Shown one piece after another: positions 28,089 to 36,170 of a stretch of DNA of 64,000 nt. The notes under the pieces were generated by a model. It was not told where the DNA came from, did no database searches, and worked only from the letters and a program-made list of their open reading frames with translations. Made by a program: the position numbers and the translations under genes. Position 1 is the stretch's first letter, and every line of letters starts with the position of its first letter. Source of the stretch: a virus; the IMG/VR virus record IMGVR_UViG_3300027744_000013, positions 44,087-108,086 of that record. One strand, written 5' to 3'.

Positions 28089-28724
28089 TTACTTGGTGTC
28101 ATTTTCTTGTTCCTGTTCGTTAGTTGCACTCAACCCGCCATCAAGATCGATGTCGATATTTTCCTCTTCGTATTCAGCCATGCACTCGCTGATGCCAAAC
28201 ATCTCGTCCAATTCTGACGGAACGTCTTCGGCTACCTGTGTGCTAGACATGCCGCCCAGCTCATAGAAGTCATCACCGTTCTCATCATAGATACCAGCAA
28301 AGCACATGCCCGGCTCATAGTAATACAGTCGAACTGAGAAGCCCAAGTCCATGAACTTGTCCATGGCCGCTGTGGGGGGTGCCCAGGCTGAATCAAAACT
28401 CATTGTAATCTTGTTAGGGCTGTCTTGCTGTGGTTCGTTATAGTCATCACCACCTACATCCCACTTGGTGCCCCACTCATTAACGCAGTAGTCATACCAT
28501 GTGGCATAACCATAGGTGCTGAGATTGTGCATGGTCTGCTCTTGCAGTTTGATCTGCTCGGGCTCTTCATCACTACCTACGCGGCCTGCTACAATCTGCA
28601 GAGCCTGTGGCACTGGACAGAACTCTGCCAGGAACCGGCCTTCAGCAAAGGCCTTCTTGGCCCGGGTAATCATTGCAGGGTCTTCGTGCTGGAGTTCCAG
28701 CGTGTTGTTGCACCAATTAGGCAT
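28089..28724 (-). CDS. DUF1281/YubB-like ferredoxin-fold protein
   Basis: MPNWCNN, WGTKWD, FDSAWAPP, YYEPGM. Confidence 0.75.
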   Translation of the reverse strand: MPNWCNNTLELQHEDPAMITRAKKAFAEGRFLAEFCPVPQALQIVAGRVGSDEEPEQIKLQEQTMHNLSTYGYATWYDYCVNEWGTKWDVGGDDYNEPQQDSPNKITMSFDSAWAPPTAAMDKFMDLGFSVRLYYYEPGMCFAGIYDENGDDFYELGGMSSTQVAEDVPSELDEMFGISECMAEYEEENIDIDLDGGLSATNEQEQENDTK

Positions 28725-28725
28725 A

Positions 28726-28869
28726 TTAGACTCCAGTGTGTAAAGGATTGCGTTTACGAAGGTGTGCCAAAGCGGCCTCTTTGCTGTCAAAGCGACCCGA
28801 GATGGGCGTTTGATGGCTACCACGCACAATGAACCAACCTGCTAACAGGCTATTGAAGATGACTTTCAT
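28726..28869 (-). CDS. 47-aa hypothetical protein
   Basis: SD GGAG; MKVIFNSLL..; not in the ORF track. Confidence 0.55.
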   Translation of the reverse strand: MKVIFNSLLAGWFIVRGSHQTPISGRFDSKEAALAHLRKRNPLHTGV

Positions 28870-28870
28870 C

Positions 28871-29137
28871 TTAGACTCCCATTTCGTAAAAGGTTACTGA
28901 AGGATCAATGCTGAGCAGTTCTTCTGCACAACGGCTAAGGAACTTAACTCTGCGGCTTACTTCTGCACGGGGCAGTTCGCCATCGCATGTTAGGTTCTCT
29001 GGGCTCATGTCGCTGTCAATGCGATCTGCAATCTTTTGACGATCAGCGGCGTTGAGCAGGCTGAGTGGCTTGTTGCCAAACAAGGCACCCCATCGATTGA
29101 TACCATCTACATACTGTTCTATGGTTGCTATGTTCAT
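28871..29137 (-). CDS. Early hypothetical protein (SPENLTCDGE)
   Basis: Own promoter/RBS. Confidence 0.7.
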   Translation of the reverse strand: MNIATIEQYVDGINRWGALFGNKPLSLLNAADRQKIADRIDSDMSPENLTCDGELPRAEVSRRVKFLSRCAEELLSIDPSVTFYEMGV

Positions 29138-29200
29138 AAGTTTCGCTCCTTATCTGTTTGTGTAAGTGTATATTATACTGCCAACTACCCAACTTGTCAA

Positions 29201-29508
29201 TAGTAAAGAGGAACCATTGTGCATCTGTCTCTACCCTATGCAACGTCTACATAGGGCCTGCACGGTCATTACTACTAGATTGTCCACCGCAAGTCCGGAT
29301 CCACATGGCCTAAGCCATTGATCCTGTTTCATGCTCCTGGACTTGACCAACCCCCGTCGGTATTGTCATCATCCCAGTCGCCTAGTGGTCTAGTTAACCT
29401 CAATTTGGGAGGCCGAGTCTACAAACTCGCTTCGTATCCCTTGGTTCCAACCCTTTTTGCATTTCTGCGTGGGTTCTTACATTCGAGGATCGCCTTTATC
29501 TTTTACTT
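29201..29508 (-). ncRNA. Candidate ~300-nt highly structured ncRNA
   Basis: Own promoter (29515-29543), no credible ORF, at least 9 nested helices. Confidence 0.6.
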
Positions 29509-29531
29509 GTTTCTATTATAGTCTCTTTCGC

Positions 29532-29792
29532 CTACTTCGTCAATCGGAACTTGTCAATAACCCTTTTTGCTTCAAGGTTATCAGGAAGCATACCATCTTC
29601 GGCCATGCCCTTACGATAAGTCTCAACCAGTTCCATCTTCATCATCTCTACAATGCTCTCGCACTCGGCCTTTTCCCGCTTGGGCAAGGTAGCAATGAAT
29701 CGTTCTGCATCACTCCACTCTTCAATGCTCCACAGAATGTCTGCTAGAACCTTTTGGCGGGCATTGAGGCCCTCTAATGTGATCTCAACCAT
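29532..29792 (-). CDS. Hypothetical protein
   Basis: SD AAGGA. Confidence 0.65.
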   Translation of the reverse strand: MVEITLEGLNARQKVLADILWSIEEWSDAERFIATLPKREKAECESIVEMMKMELVETYRKGMAEDGMLPDNLEAKRVIDKFRLTK

Positions 29793-29931
29793 TGTCGCGT
29801 CCTTTGTGTTTGGGGTTGCGTTTAAATTTTACCTTGCTCTGCACAACCTTCTGCTTGAAGGGTGTGTCCTTGCAGAACAGGACAATGTGTGCCCTGACCT
29901 GCTTGGGTAGTTTGATTGTAATCTTCATCAT
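29785..29931 (-). CDS. Small basic hypothetical protein
   Basis: Own promoter, SD AGGAG; ends KRNPKHKG. Confidence 0.6.
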   Translation of the reverse strand: MMKITIKLPKQVRAHIVLFCKDTPFKQKVVQSKVKFKRNPKHKGRDNG

Positions 29932-30010
29932 GTGCTCCTGTCTGTATAAATGTATTATACAACCAAAAGCCCAAAGCGTCAACCGCTAAACAGCGGGGCC
30001 TGGTCTAGTG

Positions 30011-30205
30011 TTAGGCTCCGTAGTAGTCGGGCGACTCGGTGTCCTGTGGCGTTTCCGCAACATCTTCACGGGCCACCCCAAAGTCATCCAGTACATCGTA
30101 GACATACTCAATTGGGATCAACAGCTCTGCGGCAATAGCCTTTGCACCGTAGCCCTCAATGAATAGGGTCTCTACATCGTAATACATATCTTTGACTGCA
30201 CCCAT
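30011..30205 (-). CDS. Small protein, possible HTH
   Basis: GAKAIAAELLIPIEYV. Confidence 0.6.
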   Translation of the reverse strand: MGAVKDMYYDVETLFIEGYGAKAIAAELLIPIEYVYDVLDDFGVAREDVAETPQDTESPDYYGA

Positions 30206-30435
30206 TATGCGTTCTCCATCTCTTTGCGTTGTTCAACTTCTGCTACCAACTCCTCGTCTGAGAAGTTACCGTAGCCCTTAAATCCATCTTCCAGGTATGT
30301 CCAAAGCAGTTCTAGACCCCCGTCGTCTGTAGACATTATATAGTCAAAGTCGCTTTGGGTCAAGTAGTCAACGGCTGTTTCTCTATCGAATAGCTTGTCT
30401 TTCGCACTCGCCTTTTTGCTTTGGAATCCAGTCAT
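30205..30435 (-). CDS. Acidic hypothetical protein
   Basis: TAATG coupling. Confidence 0.6.
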   Translation of the reverse strand: MTGFQSKKASAKDKLFDRETAVDYLTQSDFDYIMSTDDGGLELLWTYLEDGFKGYGNFSDEELVAEVEQRKEMENA

Positions 30436-30902
30436 TATGCGTACTCCCCTTCTGTGAGGAACGCTTCTTCAAGCGTCACATAGTTGTCGCTGTGGTCTGC
30501 TACAAACCAAACAGCCTTGCCGTTGACGTTGCGCAGGATGTACTCAAATTCTTCGTACTGGTGATTGGCAACATAGTCTGCATAGTCTTTGAACTTCTTA
30601 GCAGGGCACTTCTCGTTGCGATCACGTCCGTAGAATGTACACATATTCTCTACCAGTGCTTCGTGTGCATCGCGTTCCTCTTTGGTTTCCAATTGGAATG
30701 AGCTAAACGGATGTTGGACGCCAATGGTAGGGCGCAGGCTAGACAAGTCACCCAAGTCAATCAGCCTGCGCAGTTTGAACGGGTCACTGTAATGTTCAGC
30801 AAGGATCTTGCCGTTGTTGCTCAAGTAACCGTCCCAGTGGCAGTATACCTGCTCTACTGTACCGTCTGCGTATTCAAGTGCGATTGTTGAACGTGTTCCC
30901 AT
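30435..30902 (-). CDS. Conserved-looking phage early protein (YCHWDGY)
   Basis: Own promoter; MGTRSTI..YCHWDGY. Confidence 0.75.
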   Translation of the reverse strand: MGTRSTIALEYADGTVEQVYCHWDGYLSNNGKILAEHYSDPFKLRRLIDLGDLSSLRPTIGVQHPFSSFQLETKEERDAHEALVENMCTFYGRDRNEKCPAKKFKDYADYVANHQYEEFEYILRNVNGKAVWFVADHSDNYVTLEEAFLTEGEYA

Positions 30903-30958
30903 TTTAGCTCCTAGTGTGTTTGTGTATGTGTATATTATAGCGCCTTTTGGGCACCCAG

Positions 30959-31171
30959 TCAATCAGCCCAGCATTCCGTGGCCAAGCGTGTGGTTATTGT
31001 TTCACCACCAATGTAGTCACCTGAGAAGCCATGCTTGTTCTCCAGCACAAGAGCCACGCCAGCATAAGTCTTCTTGATCTCTATGATCTTGGCCCATTGC
31101 TCGATGTCGCTCTTGAAGGCCACGTTGTCGCCTACCTTAACTTCTACATCATGTACCATGCAAGTCTTCAT
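30959..31171 (-). CDS. Early hypothetical protein
   Basis: Own promoter/RBS. Confidence 0.7.
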   Translation of the reverse strand: MKTCMVHDVEVKVGDNVAFKSDIEQWAKIIEIKKTYAGVALVLENKHGFSGDYIGGETITTRLATECWAD

Positions 31172-31236
31172 AGTTCGCTCCTAGTGTGTTTGTGTATGTG
31201 TTAATTATAACAGGGAACCCAGTCCCTGTCAACCAA

Positions 31237-31434
31237 TTAGCGATTGGCAAACTCGCAGTCGGCACCCTCGGGACCAACCTTGACTTCGTCGTACCAGGTA
31301 ATCTCATACCCAAAGTCCTCGCCCTCCAAGACTGCGATACGAGCCAGGGCCAGCTTGGCAGTGGGATACACTCCGTAGATCATGCTCTCAGGAGCGCCAC
31401 GGTATTCAGCACGAACAATAAAAATAGAAGTCAT
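31237..31434 (-). CDS. Early hypothetical protein
   Basis: Own promoter, SD AAGGA. Confidence 0.65.
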   Translation of the reverse strand: MTSIFIVRAEYRGAPESMIYGVYPTAKLALARIAVLEGEDFGYEITWYDEVKVGPEGADCEFANR

Positions 31435-31475
31435 TTTGTTTCCTTAGTGTGTTGCGATGTGTGTATTATAACGTC

Positions 31476-31724
31476 TCAAGCCCACTCTGTCAACTGGACG
31501 TCAGCAATAACCCTACTGCCTGTATGGGTAAGGAATACCTTAGTGCTGTCAGAACCGCCCTTGCACAGGAAGACTGCCATGTAGCAGAACTGCCCACCGT
31601 TGGTGATGCCCAGGAACTTGCATGAGCTGAACGCAGGGCCCTTGTAGCCCGCATCCTTGGCCGCCCGGGTTAGGGCTGGTGCTGAGAAGCTGATAAGGGT
31701 CTTAAGTGTGTCAGGTGTGATCAT
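31476..31724 (-). CDS. Hypothetical protein
   Basis: ATGA coupling. Confidence 0.6.
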   Translation of the reverse strand: MITPDTLKTLISFSAPALTRAAKDAGYKGPAFSSCKFLGITNGGQFCYMAVFLCKGGSDSTKVFLTHTGSRVIADVQLTEWA

Positions 31725-31969
31725 GCCAGCACCACTACCTTTCTAACGTCTGTACGCAAGTCGCCAGTCTCTTTATCAAACTGGTCCTCGTACTCCCCTA
31801 CCATCTTGTCCATGCGGTGGTACTCACTGTACTCCACTACACCCTCGTCAACCCTATCAATCTTAGGGGCTACTTCTGTGCGCCAGTGGTCGCCGTAGCA
31901 GTAGCTGAAGTGGACCTCTGCGTCCTGATCCATATACTTGAGGGATTCGATAAGTTCTTTGACTAGCAT
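31721..31969 (-). CDS. Early hypothetical protein
   Basis: Own promoter/RBS. Confidence 0.7.
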   Translation of the reverse strand: MLVKELIESLKYMDQDAEVHFSYCYGDHWRTEVAPKIDRVDEGVVEYSEYHRMDKMVGEYEDQFDKETGDLRTDVRKVVVLA

Positions 31970-32019
31970 AGTTTCGCTCCTATTGCGTTGTTGATGTATG
32001 TATTATAACGCCTTTTGGG

Positions 32020-32286
32020 TTAGGCGTCAACCGCTTCTTTAAAATAGACAACTTTGATTGTGCCTTTTGCACGATCTTCTACGAACACGTATTCTGCACT
32101 TTCGTTAAAATTAGCACGTGGATCGCTTAGGACCTTCTTAGTCATAATCTTAACACTGCGCACACTAACAGAACCCTGCCAGTCTTCGTGGGCCACGTTT
32201 TCGTTGTAGCTGTATTTGCCGAGGCATCCGCACATACAACCGATCTTGCCCGAATATACTTTGGCCACTTTGCTGATGTCTAACAT
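32020..32286 (-). CDS. Early protein with GCMCGC motif
   Basis: Own promoter/RBS; start MLDISK. Confidence 0.7.
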   Translation of the reverse strand: MLDISKVAKVYSGKIGCMCGCLGKYSYNENVAHEDWQGSVSVRSVKIMTKKVLSDPRANFNESAEYVFVEDRAKGTIKVVYFKEAVDA

Positions 32287-32381
32287 AGTTTCGCTCCTAA
32301 TGTTTGTTTGTATGTGTGTATTATAGCACTGTTTGGGCAAAGCGTCAACCGCGTTAAAAAAAGCCCCTAAGGGCTGTAGGG

Positions 32382-32543
32382 TTATGCTACTGCTTTATAA
32401 ACTATTACAGTAGTGTCCGCAAAATCTGCGTGTGCATTGTAAAATGCTTGTGCTCGTGCAATAGCGTCTTCTGCGCTAGTTGCTGTTACTACGCACAAAT
32501 CTTCTATGTTGTCGTAACGCAAATAAACTGTGTATTTCTGCAT
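32382..32543 (-). CDS. 53-aa hypothetical protein
   Basis: Own promoter, SD AAGGA; MQKYTVYL..; not in the ORF track. Confidence 0.6.
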   Translation of the reverse strand: MQKYTVYLRYDNIEDLCVVTATSAEDAIARAQAFYNAHADFADTTVIVYKAVA

Positions 32544-32647
32544 GGTGTTTCCTTTGTTGCTAAGTGTTAATTATAGCGCAAAGGGTCCAAAACGTCAACA
32601 GCTTTGTGCAAAGACCCTGATGTCAACCAGGTCTTTTTTTAGGCCGT

Positions 32648-32674
32648 AAAAAAACCCTACGTAGTGTAGGGTTT
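32648..32674 (-). terminator. Intrinsic terminator
   Basis: AAACCCTAC/GTAGGGTTT plus U7; related stems at 32364, 32613 and 34324. Confidence 0.75.
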
Positions 32675-32678
32675 CTTA

Positions 32679-32891
32679 TTATGCTCCGACTTTTGCAAGA
32701 ACTTCTGTTACATGTTCTACCAACTGCCAGACGGGTCGTTTCTGCGTATCGGTATAGCGGATAGCTGGCTTGCCGTTTTTAAAGTCATTGTTGATCTCTT
32801 CAACGATAACAATAATAGCGGGACTACTGCCAAACCCTTCGCGTACTTTTACGATGGAGCCGACTTCTATTTGGTCTACTGTTACATACAT
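32679..32891 (-). CDS. Hypothetical protein (SH3-like)
   Basis: SD AAGGAGG. Confidence 0.65.
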   Translation of the reverse strand: MYVTVDQIEVGSIVKVREGFGSSPAIIVIVEEINNDFKNGKPAIRYTDTQKRPVWQLVEHVTEVLAKVGA

Positions 32892-32922
32892 GATAGCACC
32901 CTCCTTAGTATAGTCTTATTTA

Positions 32923-33132
32923 TTAATAAAAAAGGCCTAGTACATATAGAGCGAGCAGTACTCCGTTAACAATAATTAAATTAGTTTCCTTAATGCGCAC
33001 AGCCCAAATCAAGTACAGTAGGGCCCCCGCATTTAGAAAGTATATGTTAAGGGGGTCTATGCGCAGGCTAGTAAACAGGGCCCCTGCTAGCACTGTAGCG
33101 CACCCTGCCCATTTTAGTATGTTGTTTAACAT
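32923..33132 (-). CDS. Small membrane protein (about 3 TM segments)
   Basis: Hydrophobic; TAATG coupling. Confidence 0.7.
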   Translation of the reverse strand: MLNNILKWAGCATVLAGALFTSLRIDPLNIYFLNAGALLYLIWAVRIKETNLIIVNGVLLALYVLGLFY

Positions 33133-33509
33133 TACAGTTCCATGCTCGCATAGCCGTCGTCTTGCATACCCTGCTCTGTAAACATAACGTCTGTACCTAG
33201 CAGTGTGCTAATCGCATCTACAAAACCGCTGTCTGTGTACAGTCTCCAGCTGTCCTCGTACTCCGCATCGCCGTTAACCGTGTAGCACACTGCAATGTGT
33301 ATGCTACTGTCGCCGTCCAATTCGTCCCACCATGTCTCGTGTATGTGTATGCTTGTAACTGTAACTGCCTCAATCTCGCAGTCCCATATACTGTCACCTG
33401 CAAGTTGCACCTCTACGTTGCAGTCGTATGTTGTACTAATACTGTCTGTGTTAGTCTCTGTACTTGCCAGTGTCAGCTTGTTGCTAACTTCAAATTGTGT
33501 TGCTTGCAT
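33132..33509 (-). CDS. Acidic early protein (YTDSGF..TEQGMQ)
   Basis: Own promoter/RBS. Confidence 0.7.
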   Translation of the reverse strand: MQATQFEVSNKLTLASTETNTDSISTTYDCNVEVQLAGDSIWDCEIEAVTVTSIHIHETWWDELDGDSSIHIAVCYTVNGDAEYEDSWRLYTDSGFVDAISTLLGTDVMFTEQGMQDDGYASMEL

Positions 33510-33549
33510 AGTTTTCGCTCCTAATGCTTGTTAAAAATTAATTATACAC

Positions 33550-33705
33550 TCAATCTACGTAATAGTCAACCGCTTCTGTTAGCTTGTGCAAAGCACCCTC
33601 TAACTCAGCAAAGCACCCCATCTCTGCTAGTTGCTCGCCGTCCAGCGTTGCCTCTAACAGCATGTCTTCTACTTCTGCTAGCTTTGCAAGTATCTCGTCT
33701 CTCAT
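33550..33705 (-). CDS. 51-aa acidic helical protein
   Basis: SD AAGGAG; MRDEILAKL..; not in the ORF track. Confidence 0.6.
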   Translation of the reverse strand: MRDEILAKLAEVEDMLLEATLDGEQLAEMGCFAELEGALHKLTEAVDYYVD

Positions 33706-33706
33706 T

Positions 33707-33925
33707 TTACGCTCCTTCTGTGTAAGTATAACCCACTTCGCCTGCTAGTGCGCAGTCCATCCACTCCTCAAAGCAGTCCTCTGCGTACTCCTCTTCCCAA
33801 ATTAGTATTTCGTCACAGCTAGCAATCTCCTTGCCGCGTTGTAGCGTTACCTTTACAGTACTACCGCTAGCATATTCGCTAGTGTAATAGCCTGCCGCTT
33901 CTATGTTTACTACTTTTACTTTCAT
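33707..33925 (-). CDS. Early acidic protein
   Basis: Own promoter/RBS. Confidence 0.65.
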   Translation of the reverse strand: MKVKVVNIEAAGYYTSEYASGSTVKVTLQRGKEIASCDEILIWEEEYAEDCFEEWMDCALAGEVGYTYTEGA

Positions 33926-34002
33926 TTCGCTCCTTTGTTGCTAAGTGTTAATTATAGCGCATTTAGCCAAAACTGTCAAATGCGCTATAAAGACCCTACA
34001 GT

Positions 34003-34257
34003 TTACTCTACAAATTCTACGCTGTTTGTGCGTAGTTGTGCGTAAACGCTAGGCAATACAGTACTTAATTCTTGTGCTAAGTTTTCTGCAAGTAAGTCGC
34101 CGCTAACATAAGCGCATTTTGCTTGTGTAGGAAATGCATACTTTACTATGCCTGCTGTAGTAATTGTTTTGTGTGCGTTAAACGCCACAACTAGTTTGTA
34201 AGATTTAAGTTTTTTGTTAAAAACTAACTTGGCTTTTGCAACACAATTTGTAAGCAT
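34003..34257 (-). CDS. Early hypothetical protein
   Basis: Own promoter, SD AAGGA. Confidence 0.65.
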   Translation of the reverse strand: MLTNCVAKAKLVFNKKLKSYKLVVAFNAHKTITTAGIVKYAFPTQAKCAYVSGDLLAENLAQELSTVLPSVYAQLRTNSVEFVE

Positions 34258-34355
34258 TTGGTTTCCTTTTTGTTTAAGTGTTAATTATACTGCACTTAGC
34301 CCAAAGTGTCAAGCCAAAAAAGAATAACCCTGGAGCCAGCAGGGTTATCCATGGT

Positions 34356-34676
34356 TCACAAGTACTGGTCGTTCAAGCTGGGCACTTGTTCCTTAACCAG
34401 TGCTCGTTCGTATGCATAGGCTTCCTTGCGTCCGCGTATGATTGCGAGAACCCGGTGTTCCCAAGCCCAATCCATAGCACCCATCTTCAAGTACTCGTAC
34501 AGGACCCAAGCCCTGTTTTCGTTACGGGCACGGCTGATATGCTTGCGCCACCGTTCCTTAACCACCTTGTTGACATTGGCCAGGCTCTTGCGTGTTAGGC
34601 CAATGTAGTTCTCGCCGTGCTCATCCGTCATTTCGTATATGATGTAGTTGCAGTCTACTCGGGTTTTACGTCTCAT
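34356..34676 (-). CDS. GIY-YIG nuclease-domain protein
   Basis: IIYEMT....NYIGLT..RWRKH..E...LN; first gene of the early array. Confidence 0.7.
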   Translation of the reverse strand: MRRKTRVDCNYIIYEMTDEHGENYIGLTRKSLANVNKVVKERWRKHISRARNENRAWVLYEYLKMGAMDWAWEHRVLAIIRGRKEAYAYERALVKEQVPSLNDQYL

Positions 34677-34777
34677 GGTTCGCTCCAATCTCTCAGTATC
34701 TTATTATAACATTTGGAACCCAAAGTGTCAACCGCCAAAAATACCCACACTCAGCCCAGGGTCTCTCTAAAAGCCGT

Positions 34778-34806
34778 TTGACAGGAAGGCCAAAAGACAG
34801 TATAAT
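34778..34806 (+). promoter_or_regulatory. Consensus sigma70 promoter, divergent from the early array
   Basis: TTGACA-17-TATAAT with no credible ORF downstream. Confidence 0.8.
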
Positions 34807-34990
34807 ATACACATGTTCGAACTTAGAGGGGGTGGACGTGGAGAGCGGGCGAAAGGTTCTCTGTTAGTAAGCGCCAACTAACTTAGGCGGCTGTGGCGAA
34901 AAAACAACGACCTGGTTGACAAAAGGGTTATACAAAAATCCGGTTGACAAAACGGATTTGGACGGAGCGCCTCCGGCCCCTAAACGCCGT

Positions 34991-35206
34991 TTACTTTGGA
35001 ATGGATCCTGGCACACAGGGCTGACGTGCAATAAACTTAATAGCATCCTCTTGACTCTCAAATACACCATAATCACATGCGGTATCACTATACTTGAATA
35101 TATGCACATGCTGACTAGCTATACAGTAGCTGATATGTATATAGTAGTCACGATCACTAACTCTGACATGTGCCAGTGTGACCATATTGTTCTTAGATAT
35201 ATCCAT
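34991..35206 (-). CDS. Hypothetical protein
   Basis: TAAATA 4 nt before second ATG. Confidence 0.55.
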   Translation of the reverse strand: MDISKNNMVTLAHVRVSDRDYYIHISYCIASQHVHIFKYSDTACDYGVFESQEDAIKFIARQPCVPGSIPK

Positions 35207-35501
35207 CATGTATTTACAGTCATGCTAGTCTATATATACAGTGAACAGACTCTGCCACTGTGCCTTAGTGTGATCCAGTGTGAATATTCTTATAAAAGTG
35301 TGATCTAGATCAGACCACCATGCGTAGATGCGTCACTAACGGTGGTCATGGTTGACAAAAGTGTGGAAAAGTGCAATAAAGTGTGACACTTTCAAGGTAA
35401 TGAGTCAGAATCAAGGCTGGCCCCCCAGCGTATAGGCACTGTAAAGAATGGTTCGGATCAGGCAGGGAGGCATAGTTAAAATGGATACTCTAAAGACCTC
35501 T

Positions 35502-35755
35502 ACAGCGGGGCCTACTGTAGTACAGGTCCTCTAAGCTAGCCCATTACCCTCGATCACTACAGCGGGGCCTATTGCTATGCTATACACGCTGTGCCACAGA
35601 TGCTCAAACTGTTTGACTCCAGCGTGTATGCTGTGTATAGTATAGCTTATAAGTCCGGCAAAGCGAAGCGTTCATTGTTCTATATAGTCTAGCTACCATT
35701 AGGGATCATAGCAGTACTGTATATGCACTACGCACACATAGCAACAGCGGGGCCT
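35502..35755 (+). repeat. ACAGCGGGGCCT x3 (4th copy at 29990)
   Basis: Exact 12-mers at 35502, 35559, 35744. Confidence 0.85.
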
Positions 35756-35975
35756 TTGCTACAGTTAATACTATAAGGGATACTCATATGCTTGTTACCA
35801 TGTCAACTCATGCACACATTATCATCACTGTGTATGTCATTGTCGCTGTGTGTGTTGTCAATTGGCTTGTTGTCAATAAGCGTTAACGCCATATGGATAG
35901 CGTGGACTTTCTTTGTGCGTTTGCTGTATTTTTATGCTTATGGGCATTTATACTATATCTATTAGGACGATCATC

Positions 35976-36170
35976 ATGACTAGCTATACTGTACACAAGA
36001 TACTCACACACAATAGTTTACAACTGTTGTTGGTGCAAGGGCGATCCAATGACATGCCAATTGAACTGTGTGTATACAACGAACACACTGGCAACACTGT
36101 GATGCGGCTTACCAGCCCAACACTAGAAGCTTTTGAACGAGCCATTCAGCTGATACGTGATGCTGAATAA
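35976..36170 (+). CDS. Hypothetical protein
   Basis: SD AGGA; start MTSYTV. Confidence 0.5.
   Translation: MTSYTVHKILTHNSLQLLLVQGRSNDMPIELCVYNEHTGNTVMRLTSPTLEAFERAIQLIRDAE

Larger units (their letters stand above)
23478..34731 (-). promoter_or_regulatory. Array of 22 sigma70 early promoters (TTGACN-17-TATAAT)
   Basis: -35 hexamers at plus coordinates 23501, 23908, 24234, 24609, 25095, 25844, 26713, 26808, 27798, 29195, 29538, 29977, 30957, 31227, 31488, 32025, 32343, 32593, 33564, 33974, 34307, 34726; all spacers 17 bp; -10 TATAAT (TATACT at 26785). Confidence 0.92.

Noticed and set aside
29201-29508. tmRNA, RNase P, group I intron or a 33-aa ORF
   Set aside because: No tRNA-like ends, GAGGAAAGUCC or P7 signatures were recognised; the ORF's SD is only 1 nt from ATG.
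23440-34740. CRISPR array or integron suggested by recurring ~60-bp repeats
   Set aside because: Repeats are degenerate promoter/RBS units separated by whole genes; no cas gene, integrase or attC structure is seen.
34864-35308. ORFs 34864-35109(-) and 34916-35308(+)
   Set aside because: No RBS; they overlap the better-supported 34991-35206 gene and regulatory repeats.
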